The notes beneath the pieces were generated by a model. It saw nothing but the letters and a program-made list of their open reading frames with translations. It was not told where the DNA came from and did no database searches. A stretch of DNA of 64,000 nucleotides, from positions 28,246-92,245 of the forward strand of contig CAYHBD010000028.1 in assembly GCA_964354805.1 (NCBI GenBank), in the 5' to 3' direction. The stretch's first letter is position 1. Every line of letters starts with the position of its first letter. The translations under genes were made by a program, and so were the position numbers. This DNA comes from an uncultured archaeon (GTDB lineage: Archaea > Iainarchaeota > Iainarchaeia > Iainarchaeales > GCA-2688035). Shown piece after piece: positions 19,374-27,960 of the stretch.

Positions 19374-19418
19374 GTTTATGGCTGTAAATTAAATTGGAAA
19401 AATAGGAGGTTAGCGAAA

Positions 19419-20528
19419 ATGGCTGGAAAAATTAAGGTTGCGATTGCGGGAGTCGGGAACTGCGCGAGCAGTTTGATCCAGGGAGTTGAATACTATAAGG
19501 ATGTTGGCGCAGGAGACAAGCTTGTACCCGGCTTGATGCACAATGTTTTGGGCGGGTATAAGATTTCCGATATTGAGTTTGTTGCAGCTTTTGATGTTGA
19601 CAAGAGAAAAGTTGGAAAGCCATTGAACAAGGCGATTTACGAGAAGCCGAACAACACTTACGAGATTGTGAGCAAGGTGCCAAAGTGGGGCGATGTTATA
19701 GTGCAAAAGGGCCCTGTTTTGGACGGGATTGCACCGCACATGCTCGAATACCCGGAGGATGTTTCATTCAGGGTTGATGAGCGACAGAAGCCAGTGGATG
19801 CCACAAAAGTACTGCGAGATTCAGGCGCGGAGATTCTGATGAATTATATGCCTGTTGGCTCTGAAAAGGCTACGCAATATTATGCCCAGGCTGCTTTGGA
19901 TGCCGGATGCGCTTTCATCAACTGCATTCCCTCTTTCATTGCCTCAGAGCCTTCTTGGGAGAAAAAATTTAGGGAGAAGGGCTTGCCTTGTACGGGCGAT
20001 GACATAAAAGCAGAGGTGGGTGCAACAATTGTACATAGAACGCTTGCAAAGCTGTTTGACGACAGGGGCGTTAAAATAACAGGCACATACCAGCTGAATG
20101 TCGGCGGAAACACTGACTTTCTGAACATGACCAGGCATGAAAGGCTGAAATTCAAGAGGATTTCGAAGACAGAGGCAGTGCAAAGCAACCTGCAAGTGCC
20201 ATTGGAGCCTGACAAGGTTCACATTGGGCCAAGCGATTATGTTCCATGGTTGCTTGACAGGAAAATCTGCTTCTGCAGGATTGAAGGAGAAAAGTTCGGC
20301 AGGGCGCCTGTAAACATTGAGTTAAGGCTGCAGGTTGAGGACTCGGCAGACAGCGCCGGCTGCACAATTGACGGCTTGAGATGCCTGAAGCTTGCTTTGG
20401 ACAGGAAAATTGCAGGGGATTTGAGTTCAATTTCCGCATACATTATGAAACACCCCGCACACCAGCTCCCTGATCCGATTGCGAGGGAAATGATGGAAGA
20501 ATTCATTAAGGGAACAAGGGAGCGCTAG
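19419..20528 (+). CDS. ino1: myo-Inositol-1-phosphate synthase
   Basis: GVGNCASSL, YMPVGS, GDDIK, YQLNVGGNTDFLNM, HIGPSDY; SD GGAGG. Confidence 0.97.
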   Translation: MAGKIKVAIAGVGNCASSLIQGVEYYKDVGAGDKLVPGLMHNVLGGYKISDIEFVAAFDVDKRKVGKPLNKAIYEKPNNTYEIVSKVPKWGDVIVQKGPVLDGIAPHMLEYPEDVSFRVDERQKPVDATKVLRDSGAEILMNYMPVGSEKATQYYAQAALDAGCAFINCIPSFIASEPSWEKKFREKGLPCTGDDIKAEVGATIVHRTLAKLFDDRGVKITGTYQLNVGGNTDFLNMTRHERLKFKRISKTEAVQSNLQVPLEPDKVHIGPSDYVPWLLDRKICFCRIEGEKFGRAPVNIELRLQVEDSADSAGCTIDGLRCLKLALDRKIAGDLSSISAYIMKHPAHQLPDPIAREMMEEFIKGTRER

Positions 20529-21588
20529 AATTCAATTCATACAGAAATTGCACGTGCTCCGGCAATTCTTTAAGAATTGCCTCATCTTTCTTTATTTTTA
20601 TTAGGGCGAACAGAAGCTCTAAAGGCACTTTTGTTTCATTTCTTCTGAAATGTTCCATCTGCCTGTTTGAATACTTTTTTTTGGTAAATTTGTTTATTTC
20701 GTTTGCGAGACTTCTGTCGGTTCCGAACACACATTTTAATTCGCTAATCAAAGCGCAAAGTTGGTTGGACCGAATTCTGCCAAAGGCGGAAATTTTAATC
20801 ACCACATCGGTTAAGAGTTTTTGTTTTTCACCGCCAAAATATCCAACATGCCTGTAAAAATTAACTATTGACTTTTGCCGCATTATGGAGAAATTGAATA
20901 TATACTTGTAATCTTTAGGGCAATCCCTCTTTTGGAAATAAATTATTCTAGTGGATTTTACCCCAAACTCCAGTAACAGTCGCTTAATCTGTTCAAAAAA
21001 ACAGAGTGCGCTTTCAAGATAAGGTTTACTTTTTACCATAGTTAAATCTATTTGAAAAGAAAACTGCCTGTTTGTTTTTAACATTGGCTTGCTTCCTTCA
21101 AAAGAAAAGAAAGCCCTCAAAAACTCACTTTTAATTTCCCTGCTTCCGCCCATTATCCACCCAGGGATAAGAAACTCTTTCTCAGTTTTGTTGCCAGCCG
21201 GCGCGCCAGCAAGAATCAGGATTCTTGCGACAGCAGCATTCCAAACAATCGCCTTATAGGGTTGCTTCCTCCAGTTATTGTGATTTGGAGTGTACGCTTG
21301 CACCTTCCCAGTTACCCCAAAAACATTCTTGACAAGGGAAAGAAACCATTTACACTCAAACTCATTGCTCGAGTAAAGAATTATCTTCCTAGTTCTTGGG
21401 CTGCCGTCACTTGTATACCATTCAACATGCCCATCGCTCATCAGCGCAGCAACAAGCGCAGCAAGCTCACCCGAAGCGCGCAGCGGCAAAACCTTCTTCG
21501 CAAACAGCTTGCTCCTGTTCGTTATCCTCGGAAAAGCTGCCATAAGCTGCTCAAAGGTTACAACCGCATCGCCCATGCCCCACACCAA
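20506..21588 (-). mobile_element. Free-standing double-motif LAGLIDADG homing endonuclease gene
   Basis: LAALVAALMSDG and FLRAFFSFEG motifs with acidic catalytic residues; overlaps the ino1 3' end convergently by 23 nt; AT-richer than flanks. Confidence 0.88.
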
Positions 21589-21644
21589 TAAAACCTGCGC
21601 TTTTGCTTCTTAAAGCGGTTTCGGAAGAGAGCACTGTTCCACTG

Positions 21645-21765
21645 CTATTTTGAATAGCGGGGCTTCCGCTGATATTAAAAACATTTTGGGCTCAAAGTAT
21701 TACAATGCAGCCTGATTCAGGCAAAAGCTTCAGGCGGAAAGTGCATTGAGAAGGCGCGGGGGTAG
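21645..21765 (+). pseudogene. Possible decayed, displaced 3' end of ino1
   Basis: Colinear anchors with ino1 20420-20528 (TTTGA, TTCCGC..ATTA..AAACA, CCTGAT, CATT.AG, TAG); low overall identity. Confidence 0.35.
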
Positions 21766-21769
21766 TTTA

Positions 21770-22396
21770 ATGCCATACCAAGAAAACAAGAGAAAATTTT
21801 TTCAAAACTTTTCTGTAAAGTTAGGCATACTTTTCAGCAAGATTCCTTTGACGCCAAACCAGTGGACTTTGATTAGCCTGCTGCCTGCGGTTGTTGCGGT
21901 TTATTATTTAACAAAAAACCAGTTCATAGAAGCAGGCGCTCTGTTTTTTGTTGCCTTGTTCATTGACTGGATTGATGGCAGCGTTGCAAGAGTGGTCGGG
22001 CAAGCAAGCGCAAAAGGGGCATACATTGACACAATTGTTGACAGATATGTTGAAACAATAGTTATCTTTGGTTTATTGTTTTGCACTCTGCCGAATTTTT
22101 TTGTTCCAATTCAGGCTTGGATACTGTTAATGCTGTTTGGCTTTTTCATGACAACCTATGCTAAAGCGGCTTCAAGTGAGAAAAAGGTAATGAGCGAAGA
22201 GCACACGGGAAGCTTTTTGAACAGAGCCGAACGAACCATAATCTTGGACGCAGGAATACTGATTGCAGTTCTTGAACCAATTTATTTAACCTATGTAATC
22301 GCTGCCTTGGCTGTTCTTACAAACTTGGCTGCAATCCAAAGAATTTATATTGCATTAAAGACGTACAACGCAGAGCTGGCGCGGAATAAAAAATAA
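21770..22396 (+). CDS. CDP-alcohol phosphatidyltransferase (probable archaetidylinositol phosphate synthase)
   Basis: TPN.WT, DWIDGSVAR...GAYIDTIVDR, RAER; linked to ino1. Confidence 0.92.
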   Translation: MPYQENKRKFFQNFSVKLGILFSKIPLTPNQWTLISLLPAVVAVYYLTKNQFIEAGALFFVALFIDWIDGSVARVVGQASAKGAYIDTIVDRYVETIVIFGLLFCTLPNFFVPIQAWILLMLFGFFMTTYAKAASSEKKVMSEEHTGSFLNRAERTIILDAGILIAVLEPIYLTYVIAALAVLTNLAAIQRIYIALKTYNAELARNKK

Positions 22397-22398
22397 AC

Positions 22399-23061
22399 TC
22401 ACAGCTTTTTAATCAACCCGAGCTTTGCGATTGGCGAAAACAAGTGCACCAATGGCAGGGCGATTTTTCCCTGCACTTTTGTTTTTCCACCGGCAATCGC
22501 TTTCCTCAGCTCTTCTTCGTTTCCTGCATTGCACTCAGTGAACGCGTTCCCAATCTCCCGGGGAGCGTGCCCATCGCTTCCGGCAATTGCGCTTAAGCCA
22601 TGCTTTTTTGCAAAAGCAGCTGCTTTTCTGTTCGGGCCATTTGTTAAGCACCTGCTGTTGAATGTTTCAATTACTTTAACTCTCTTGATTGCATTGTCCA
22701 AATCGAGGAAAGCGTTCCTGAAAGAGTCAAAAGGGTGCGCAATGGCAACAAGAGCATCCTGCGAATCAAGCGCATCCATCACTTCACCAAATGACCCCGG
22801 CTTGACCTCCTTGTTCATAAAATAGCCGAGCACTTCTCCAACTGTTCTGCCTTGCCTTTTCACTTTTATTTCCTCGCCTTTTACAATCAGAACATTTTCT
22901 TTTTTTCCTAGCGGGATTAATTCCTTCCAGGCATTACAGTTGTTGTGGTCTGTTATCGCAATTCCGGTCAATTGCTTTTCTTTTATTTTTTTAATTATAC
23001 TTGAAGGGCTGCTCAAGCCGTCTTCGCTGTAGCAGCTGTGGATGTGCATGTCAATGCGCAA
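22399..23061 (-). CDS. PHP-domain metal-dependent phosphoesterase
   Basis: DMHIHS, AITDHN, GEE, AHP, GSDGH. Confidence 0.9.
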   Translation of the reverse strand: MRIDMHIHSCYSEDGLSSPSSIIKKIKEKQLTGIAITDHNNCNAWKELIPLGKKENVLIVKGEEIKVKRQGRTVGEVLGYFMNKEVKPGSFGEVMDALDSQDALVAIAHPFDSFRNAFLDLDNAIKRVKVIETFNSRCLTNGPNRKAAAFAKKHGLSAIAGSDGHAPREIGNAFTECNAGNEEELRKAIAGGKTKVQGKIALPLVHLFSPIAKLGLIKKL

Positions 23062-23190
23062 TCGGCAACACCAATTACATTTAAATTGCTGTTAAGTTAA
23101 TAAATCGTGCTGAATGCCTGAAAACTTTAAAGGCATAATTCAGGCAAAGTTATTTATTTGCCCAAAACATTATAGATAAAGCTGATTGCA

Positions 23191-23619
23191 ATGGAAACAT
23201 GGATTATTTTCGCAGTGCTGGCTGCCCTCAGCTGGGGAACCTACATTGTGTTGAACAAGGTTGCAATAAGCAGGGGCGTGAGCCCTTTTCTTGTGCTTGC
23301 CCTGATGGCAGTGGGCATAGTTGGGTTGTTTGCAGCTGTTTTCTTTGTTTCAAAGCCAAGCATTTCAACTGATTCAACAGGCCTGGCTCTTGCGGTAATT
23401 GCAGGCGGGCTTTGGGGAGTTGGACAATTGTTTGCTGTGCTTGCCTTGGCAAACAAGGCGCCTGTTGCAAAGCTTGCGCCGATTTATAACACGAACACGC
23501 TTGTCGCGGTTTTGCTTGGAATAATTTTGCTAAAAGAGCTGCCTGCGGGCACAGAGAAAATAAAAGTTCTAATCGGTGCTGTGCTGATTGTGGTTGGCGG
23601 CGTGCTGGTAAGCAGTTAG
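23191..23619 (+). CDS. EamA/DMT-family small membrane transporter
   Basis: Five hydrophobic helices; LLGIILLKE motif. Confidence 0.85.
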   Translation: METWIIFAVLAALSWGTYIVLNKVAISRGVSPFLVLALMAVGIVGLFAAVFFVSKPSISTDSTGLALAVIAGGLWGVGQLFAVLALANKAPVAKLAPIYNTNTLVAVLLGIILLKELPAGTEKIKVLIGAVLIVVGGVLVSS

Positions 23620-23700
23620 GCTTTCGCGAAGCATTTTTCCCACATTGTAAAGCGAAGCTTGCGAAGCGGTTTTCCCCAAGCTTTTGCGAAGCAAAAGGCT
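23620..23700. repeat. Cluster of four GCGAAGC motifs including hairpin CTTTTGC-GAA-GCAAAAG
   Basis: GCGAAGC at 23626, 23652, 23661 and 23686. Confidence 0.75.
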
Positions 23701-23708
23701 GTTACGAT

Positions 23709-23747
23709 GCCTCGCAAAACCAATGGTTTTGCAAGGAGGCTTTTTTT
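23709..23747 (+). terminator. Hairpin plus T7 tract between convergent genes
   Basis: GCCTC-GCAAAACC-AAT-GGTTTTGC-aag-GAGGC followed by TTTTTTT. Confidence 0.6.
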
Positions 23748-23769
23748 GAATTAGCGGTATCCTTGTTAG

Positions 23770-24420
23770 TCAAATGTTTTGTTGCTTTGTGCAGCTTAGC
23801 ACTGTTTTTTCGTTTGTCCTTGTGTCAGTGTAGCTTTCGAATGTGATTGTAAAGCCAAGCATTACAAGCATCATTTCTGGTTTTGCCGCATCCTCCGCTG
23901 CTGCAATGCCTTCGGTAATAAAAGGTGCCGGAATCGCGCAGGTTTTCTCTTCGCTTGTTGACGCGCTGTAAAGGGAAATTGAGCAATTTTCGTCCGCTTT
24001 TCCTTTAACAGAATAAGTTCCGCCGTTCTGCCCAGTCAATTCAATGTTGCCAGCGCTGCATGCCAACATTTTTTCATTGAAGCAAACAATTGCTGCCTTT
24101 TCAGCAGCAGTCTGCTCATCCGGATTCACCAGGAGATGCGTGTTGTCCACGCTGCCGCAGTTTTCCTCTCCATCAGGGGGCAGTGCTCCGCCAGGGCAAT
24201 TGCTCAAATCAGCAATCCAGGTGCCGTCAGCGCATTTATACCACCATTGGAGCTGGTCGCCAGGTGCCGGCTGCCCGCCAATCAGCTGCTGTAGAGTTGG
24301 AAGAAACTGGAGAGTAAACAATCCGGTGAAATGTAATATTAACAAAACTGCAAGCGCAACAAGCGTAAATACAGGGCCCAAAAATTTTTTCTGCATCAGC
24401 TTATTATAAAGCTCAACCAC
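23770..24420 (-). CDS. Membrane-anchored Cys-rich extracellular protein
   Basis: N-terminal TM segment and eight spaced Cys residues. Confidence 0.75.
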   Translation of the reverse strand: MVELYNKLMQKKFLGPVFTLVALAVLLILHFTGLFTLQFLPTLQQLIGGQPAPGDQLQWWYKCADGTWIADLSNCPGGALPPDGEENCGSVDNTHLLVNPDEQTAAEKAAIVCFNEKMLACSAGNIELTGQNGGTYSVKGKADENCSISLYSASTSEEKTCAIPAPFITEGIAAAEDAAKPEMMLVMLGFTITFESYTDTRTNEKTVLSCTKQQNI

Positions 24421-24503
24421 TTATTTAACCTTTTCTTTTAATGCGGCTTTAAATGCAAAGAAATAAATAGTGAAATCGGGATTATTTTAACGGTGATTAA
24501 TTA

Positions 24504-25034
24504 ATGGTCTTTGGTTTCGGCGAGGGAAGCATTGATTTAATGCTTGACAAAACAAATTTCACATTCGGAGAAACAATGCATGGCTTTGTAAACCTGCGGC
24601 TCAAAAAAACAAAGCAGGCAAAGCAGCTAAAAGTAATGGTAACAGCGGTTAGGTATATCTCGCGATATGGCGGTGGCACAATAAGAATTGGCTCTGCAGG
24701 CGGGAGAAGCAGTGGCTCAAGCACTGAAGCGGAATACGTTTTTTCAACAGAGAAAATCCTTGATGGCGAAAAGGAGTACGCTCCACCAGGCACAAGATAC
24801 GAGTTTCAAATCCAGTTGCCGCCTAGAAGCGCGCTGCCCAGTGAATCAACGCAGCCTGAAATTGGAGGAAAGCTTGGGGCAGTAATAGGGGTAGCCCAAA
24901 GGTTTTCATCAGTTAAAACCAGCATTCAAACAACATGGTATGTTGAAGCAAAACTTGATATTCCAGGCGGAAGAGACATAACAAAAGAAATTCAGGTAAC
25001 AGTCAGCGAAATAAGTCCTCAACCAGGGCTCTAA
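24504..25034 (+). CDS. Arrestin-N/SpoOM-like beta-sandwich protein
   Basis: IDLMLDK..FTFGETMHGFV.L, YEFQIQLP, WYVEAKLDIP pattern. Confidence 0.65.
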   Translation: MVFGFGEGSIDLMLDKTNFTFGETMHGFVNLRLKKTKQAKQLKVMVTAVRYISRYGGGTIRIGSAGGRSSGSSTEAEYVFSTEKILDGEKEYAPPGTRYEFQIQLPPRSALPSESTQPEIGGKLGAVIGVAQRFSSVKTSIQTTWYVEAKLDIPGGRDITKEIQVTVSEISPQPGL

Positions 25035-25914
25035 AATCCTTTGGATAAAGCAGCAGCGGCCTCAAAACAACAAGCTGCTGCTTTGCGTCAAATCGCTTGT
25101 AAGCTGAAAGCGATTTTGCGTCTGTTTTGCTGTCGGGTGCAACAATTGCCTGAATGTTCCTCTCAGCAACCAGTTTCTGCAAATCCTTTTCCTCTGTTAA
25201 AACGAATTTCCTGTAACCATTCAATGGAACCAGCTTTGCAATCGCCTTTCGCATGCGCGCATTCGCTTTTTTCACAACGGGAAAAACATTGCAGCCCCGC
25301 CTCAGCATCAAAAAGCCTGCAAGCAAATCACCCTTTTTTCCTGAAAACAAAAGCGCAACGCTGCCCTCTGCACCCAAAGGCAGGCCGCCCAGGCCAAGCG
25401 CCTGTTGCCTGTAAATGAAGAAATCCTTTTTCCTTATTTCAATGCAAATCTCTTTCTCCGGGTTTTTCAATTTCACTTTAAGACCCTCAATTTCTTTTTG
25501 AACCACAGCACCCAGTCTTCTTTCCAAATCCCTTCCGGAAAATTCTTTGTTGTTTGCAACATTCACATCCAAAGCAAAAGTGTCGCCTTTTTTGAGCAAC
25601 TTTTCCGCAAACGCAACAGTTTGCTTTTCAATTTCACTATAATCTGCTCCCTGAAAATACAGGGCTATTGCTGTTGCGTGAATTCCGCTAACCGTTGAAA
25701 GAACCCTCTGCGCTTTTTTGCAATCTGAGCAGAACAAGAAAAGCCTGCCACCGCCCCGAATTATTTCTTTGCAGGCAATTTTGTTTCTCTTCAAAGCAAA
25801 GCGAATGCTCTGCACAAGCTTTTTCGTGAAAAAGCGCCTGACAAAAACGCTCTTCAAAGCAATCTCCGAGGCTGTTTTAACAAGCAGGCACTGGTTTGTT
25901 TTTGCCGCTATCAT
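25003..25914 (-). CDS. THUMP-domain ThiI-like protein with degenerate PP-loop
   Basis: NFLD/THUMP region, GLGGLPLG, RPL; SGGxDS replaced by SGKKGD. Confidence 0.8.
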   Translation of the reverse strand: MIAAKTNQCLLVKTASEIALKSVFVRRFFTKKLVQSIRFALKRNKIACKEIIRGGGRLFLFCSDCKKAQRVLSTVSGIHATAIALYFQGADYSEIEKQTVAFAEKLLKKGDTFALDVNVANNKEFSGRDLERRLGAVVQKEIEGLKVKLKNPEKEICIEIRKKDFFIYRQQALGLGGLPLGAEGSVALLFSGKKGDLLAGFLMLRRGCNVFPVVKKANARMRKAIAKLVPLNGYRKFVLTEEKDLQKLVAERNIQAIVAPDSKTDAKSLSAYKRFDAKQQLVVLRPLLLYPKDFRALVEDLFR

Positions 25915-25963
25915 AAGCTATTTAAAGAAAAGCAATCATTAAATTGTATTATGGCTGAAAAAA

Positions 25964-26179
25964 GTGAGCGACTTTGCTAAGTCAAGCAAGCTGATTCTGT
26001 CCGTTTTAAACAGCCATGGGGCCCTCAGCCAGTTTCAAATTGTGCATTGCAGCAGGATTCCAAAAAGAACAGTCAGGCACAATCTGCGAAAAATGCGAGA
26101 AGCCAATCTGGTCAGGGAAAAAATAGCCTGGAACGATTTGAGGCAAAAGCTGTATGAGCCAACTGGTGTTAAAAGATGA
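25964..26179 (+). CDS. Small winged-HTH regulator
   Basis: L...GALSQ..I...SRIPKRTVRHNL..M...LV...DLRQKLY; overlaps the cysK start. Confidence 0.75.
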   Translation: MSDFAKSSKLILSVLNSHGALSQFQIVHCSRIPKRTVRHNLRKMREANLVREKIAWNDLRQKLYEPTGVKR

Positions 26180-27018
26180 GAAACGCACTGCAATTAGTTG
26201 GAAACACGCCTTTGGTTGAATTGGATAACGGAATCTTTGCAAAGCTTGAGTCAGCGAACCCAAGCGGCTCGATAAAGGACAGGATGGTCAAATTCATGAT
26301 TGAACAGGCTGAGAAAAGAGGCGAACTGAAAAAGGGGTTCACAATTGTTGAGGCAACAAGCGGCAACACAGGCATTGCCCTTTCAATGATTGGGAAATTG
26401 AAAGGATACAAGGTGAAGATTTTTATGCCCAAGCACATGAGTGATGAGAGGAAAAGGATGATGAAATACTTTGGGGCAACACTTGTTCTCACAGGCTCAA
26501 TGGAGGAGGCAATGGAGAAAGCTGGGAAAGAAGCGAGAAAACAGGGGGCCTTTCTGCTGAACCAGTTCAAGAACAAAGACAACATTGAAGCACATTTCCA
26601 GACAACGGGCCAAGAGATATTGAAACAAGTTGGCAGGAAAATAGATTACTTCGTTGCAGGCATTGGAACAGGCGGAACCATTATGGGAGCTGGAAGAGCC
26701 ATTAAAGAAAAACACCCGAACGCAAGAATTATCGGGGTTCTGCCCAAAGACAAAGAAGACAACAAAATTGAGGGAATAGGCTGGTATTACAAAAAGGAAA
26801 TAGTTGACCAAAGTTTTTTTGACAAAATTTTGATGATCCCAAACAGCGAAGCAATCGAGGCGGCAAAAAGCCTTGCAAAGCGCTTTGGGCTCTTTGTCGG
26901 GATAAGCAGCGGCGCAAACTACGCGGCGGCAAAAAAGTTCAAAGGAACAATTGCAATAATTCTGCCGGATTCGGCAAACAGGTATTTGAGCACTGAATTG
27001 CTCAAAGGGAATAAATAA
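26176..27018 (+). CDS. cysK: Cysteine synthase (PLP-dependent CysK/CysM family)
   Basis: GNTPLV, NPSGSIKDR, ATSGNTG, GIGTGGT, GISSGAN, PD...RYLST. Confidence 0.92.
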   Translation: MRNALQLVGNTPLVELDNGIFAKLESANPSGSIKDRMVKFMIEQAEKRGELKKGFTIVEATSGNTGIALSMIGKLKGYKVKIFMPKHMSDERKRMMKYFGATLVLTGSMEEAMEKAGKEARKQGAFLLNQFKNKDNIEAHFQTTGQEILKQVGRKIDYFVAGIGTGGTIMGAGRAIKEKHPNARIIGVLPKDKEDNKIEGIGWYYKKEIVDQSFFDKILMIPNSEAIEAAKSLAKRFGLFVGISSGANYAAAKKFKGTIAIILPDSANRYLSTELLKGNK

Positions 27019-27043
27019 AAATAATTCATTAAAGGATATTATT

Positions 27044-27124
27044 GCAAAGCGCAAGCTTTGCTCCCTTGCGAAGCAAGGGGGTTTTTCTTTGATACAACTT
27101 TCTTTTTTCCAAAAAGAAAGTTGT
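27044..27124. repeat. Three consecutive perfect hairpins immediately 5' of tRNA-Cys
   Basis: GCAAAGC-GCAA-GCTTTGC; CCCTTGC-GAA-GCAAGGG; ACAACTTTCTTTTT-TCC-AAAAAGAAAGTTGT. Confidence 0.8.
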
Positions 27125-27125
27125 C

Positions 27126-27264
27126 GCGGGGTTGGCAGAGTGGTCATGCGCCGGCCTGCAGAAACCTTTTCTTAGAAAGAAAAGGTTTGCGAAAAGAAGG
27201 GTTGCTTCGCAACCCAAATGCCTGCGGCTAGCCGAGGAAGAGGGTTCGATTCCCTCACCCCGCT
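27126..27264 (+). tRNA. tRNA-Cys(GCA) with 68-nt intron at 37/38 (27162-27229); CCA not encoded
   Basis: Acceptor GCGGGGT/ACCCCGC, U73 discriminator, T arm GAGGG-TTCGATT-CCCTC, anticodon GCA at 27158-27160; BHB with bulges AG^A and CT^A around the helix CTGC/GCGG. Confidence 0.92.
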
Positions 27265-27305
27265 TTAATTGTTTAGTAACGCTTTTTTCCAAAAAGCAAA
27301 GTTTA

Positions 27306-27333
27306 TATACCTATAGCTATAACTATAGGTATA
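27306..27333. promoter_or_regulatory. Inverted repeat, probable vapBC autoregulatory operator
   Basis: TATACCTATAG-N6-CTATAGGTATA between TATA box TTTATATA and SD AGGTGA. Confidence 0.7.
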
Positions 27334-27345
27334 GGTGATGATTGT

Positions 27346-27543
27346 ATGCAGACAACTATTCCTTTGGAAAAGGAAACCGTGCAGGTTTTGGAGAAATTGA
27401 AAAGCAAGTATAATGTGAGCTCTTACGATAAGCTCATCAAGCAAATGCTGCAAAAGGAAACGCAGACACCAAAAAGCCTTTTTGGCGCACACCAGAAAAT
27501 GAAACCATTCAAGAGGGACAAGGCTGATTTCCATGAGCTTTAA
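27346..27543 (+). CDS. VapB-type antitoxin
   Basis: TTI.L..ET...L..LK...SYD.LI..L pattern; overlaps the PIN gene. Confidence 0.8.
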   Translation: MQTTIPLEKETVQVLEKLKSKYNVSSYDKLIKQMLQKETQTPKSLFGAHQKMKPFKRDKADFHEL

Positions 27544-27922
27544 ATATGTGCTTGACAGCTTTGCCTGGGTTGAATACTTCAGGGGGTCAAAGAGGGGCGA
27601 AATAGCCAGGGACTGCCTTGCTGAGGGCGGCTGCATTACGCCGACAATAGTTTTGGCAGAGCTTTCGGATGTTTATGAAAGAGAGAAAAACAGCCATTGG
27701 GAAAGGGACTTGGATTTTATAATATCCAAGACAACAATTGTTGATTTGGACCAAGAGATCGCTGCTGATGCAGGAAAAATCAAAAACGAAATTAGAAAAA
27801 AATACGAGTCAGAATTTGGATTGGCTGACGGCATAGTTCTCGCTACCGCGAGAAAATTCGAAGCAAAAGTAGTGACAGGCGATTTGCACTTTCAAAAAAT
27901 AAACAATGTAATACTGATATAA
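27533..27922 (+). CDS. vapC: VapC PIN-domain toxin
   Basis: VLDSFAWVEY, LAEL, GLADG.VLATA, VTGDLHF. Confidence 0.92.
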   Translation: MSFKYVLDSFAWVEYFRGSKRGEIARDCLAEGGCITPTIVLAELSDVYEREKNSHWERDLDFIISKTTIVDLDQEIAADAGKIKNEIRKKYESEFGLADGIVLATARKFEAKVVTGDLHFQKINNVILI

Positions 27923-27960
27923 CCGCACCGATTCCCTGAACCCAGCTTTTTGTTCTGATT

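Noticed and set aside
20506-21770. LAGLIDADG gene as part of a group I or BHB intron
   Set aside because: No interrupted host gene or RNA on that strand, no recognisable intron core, and both neighbouring genes are complete.
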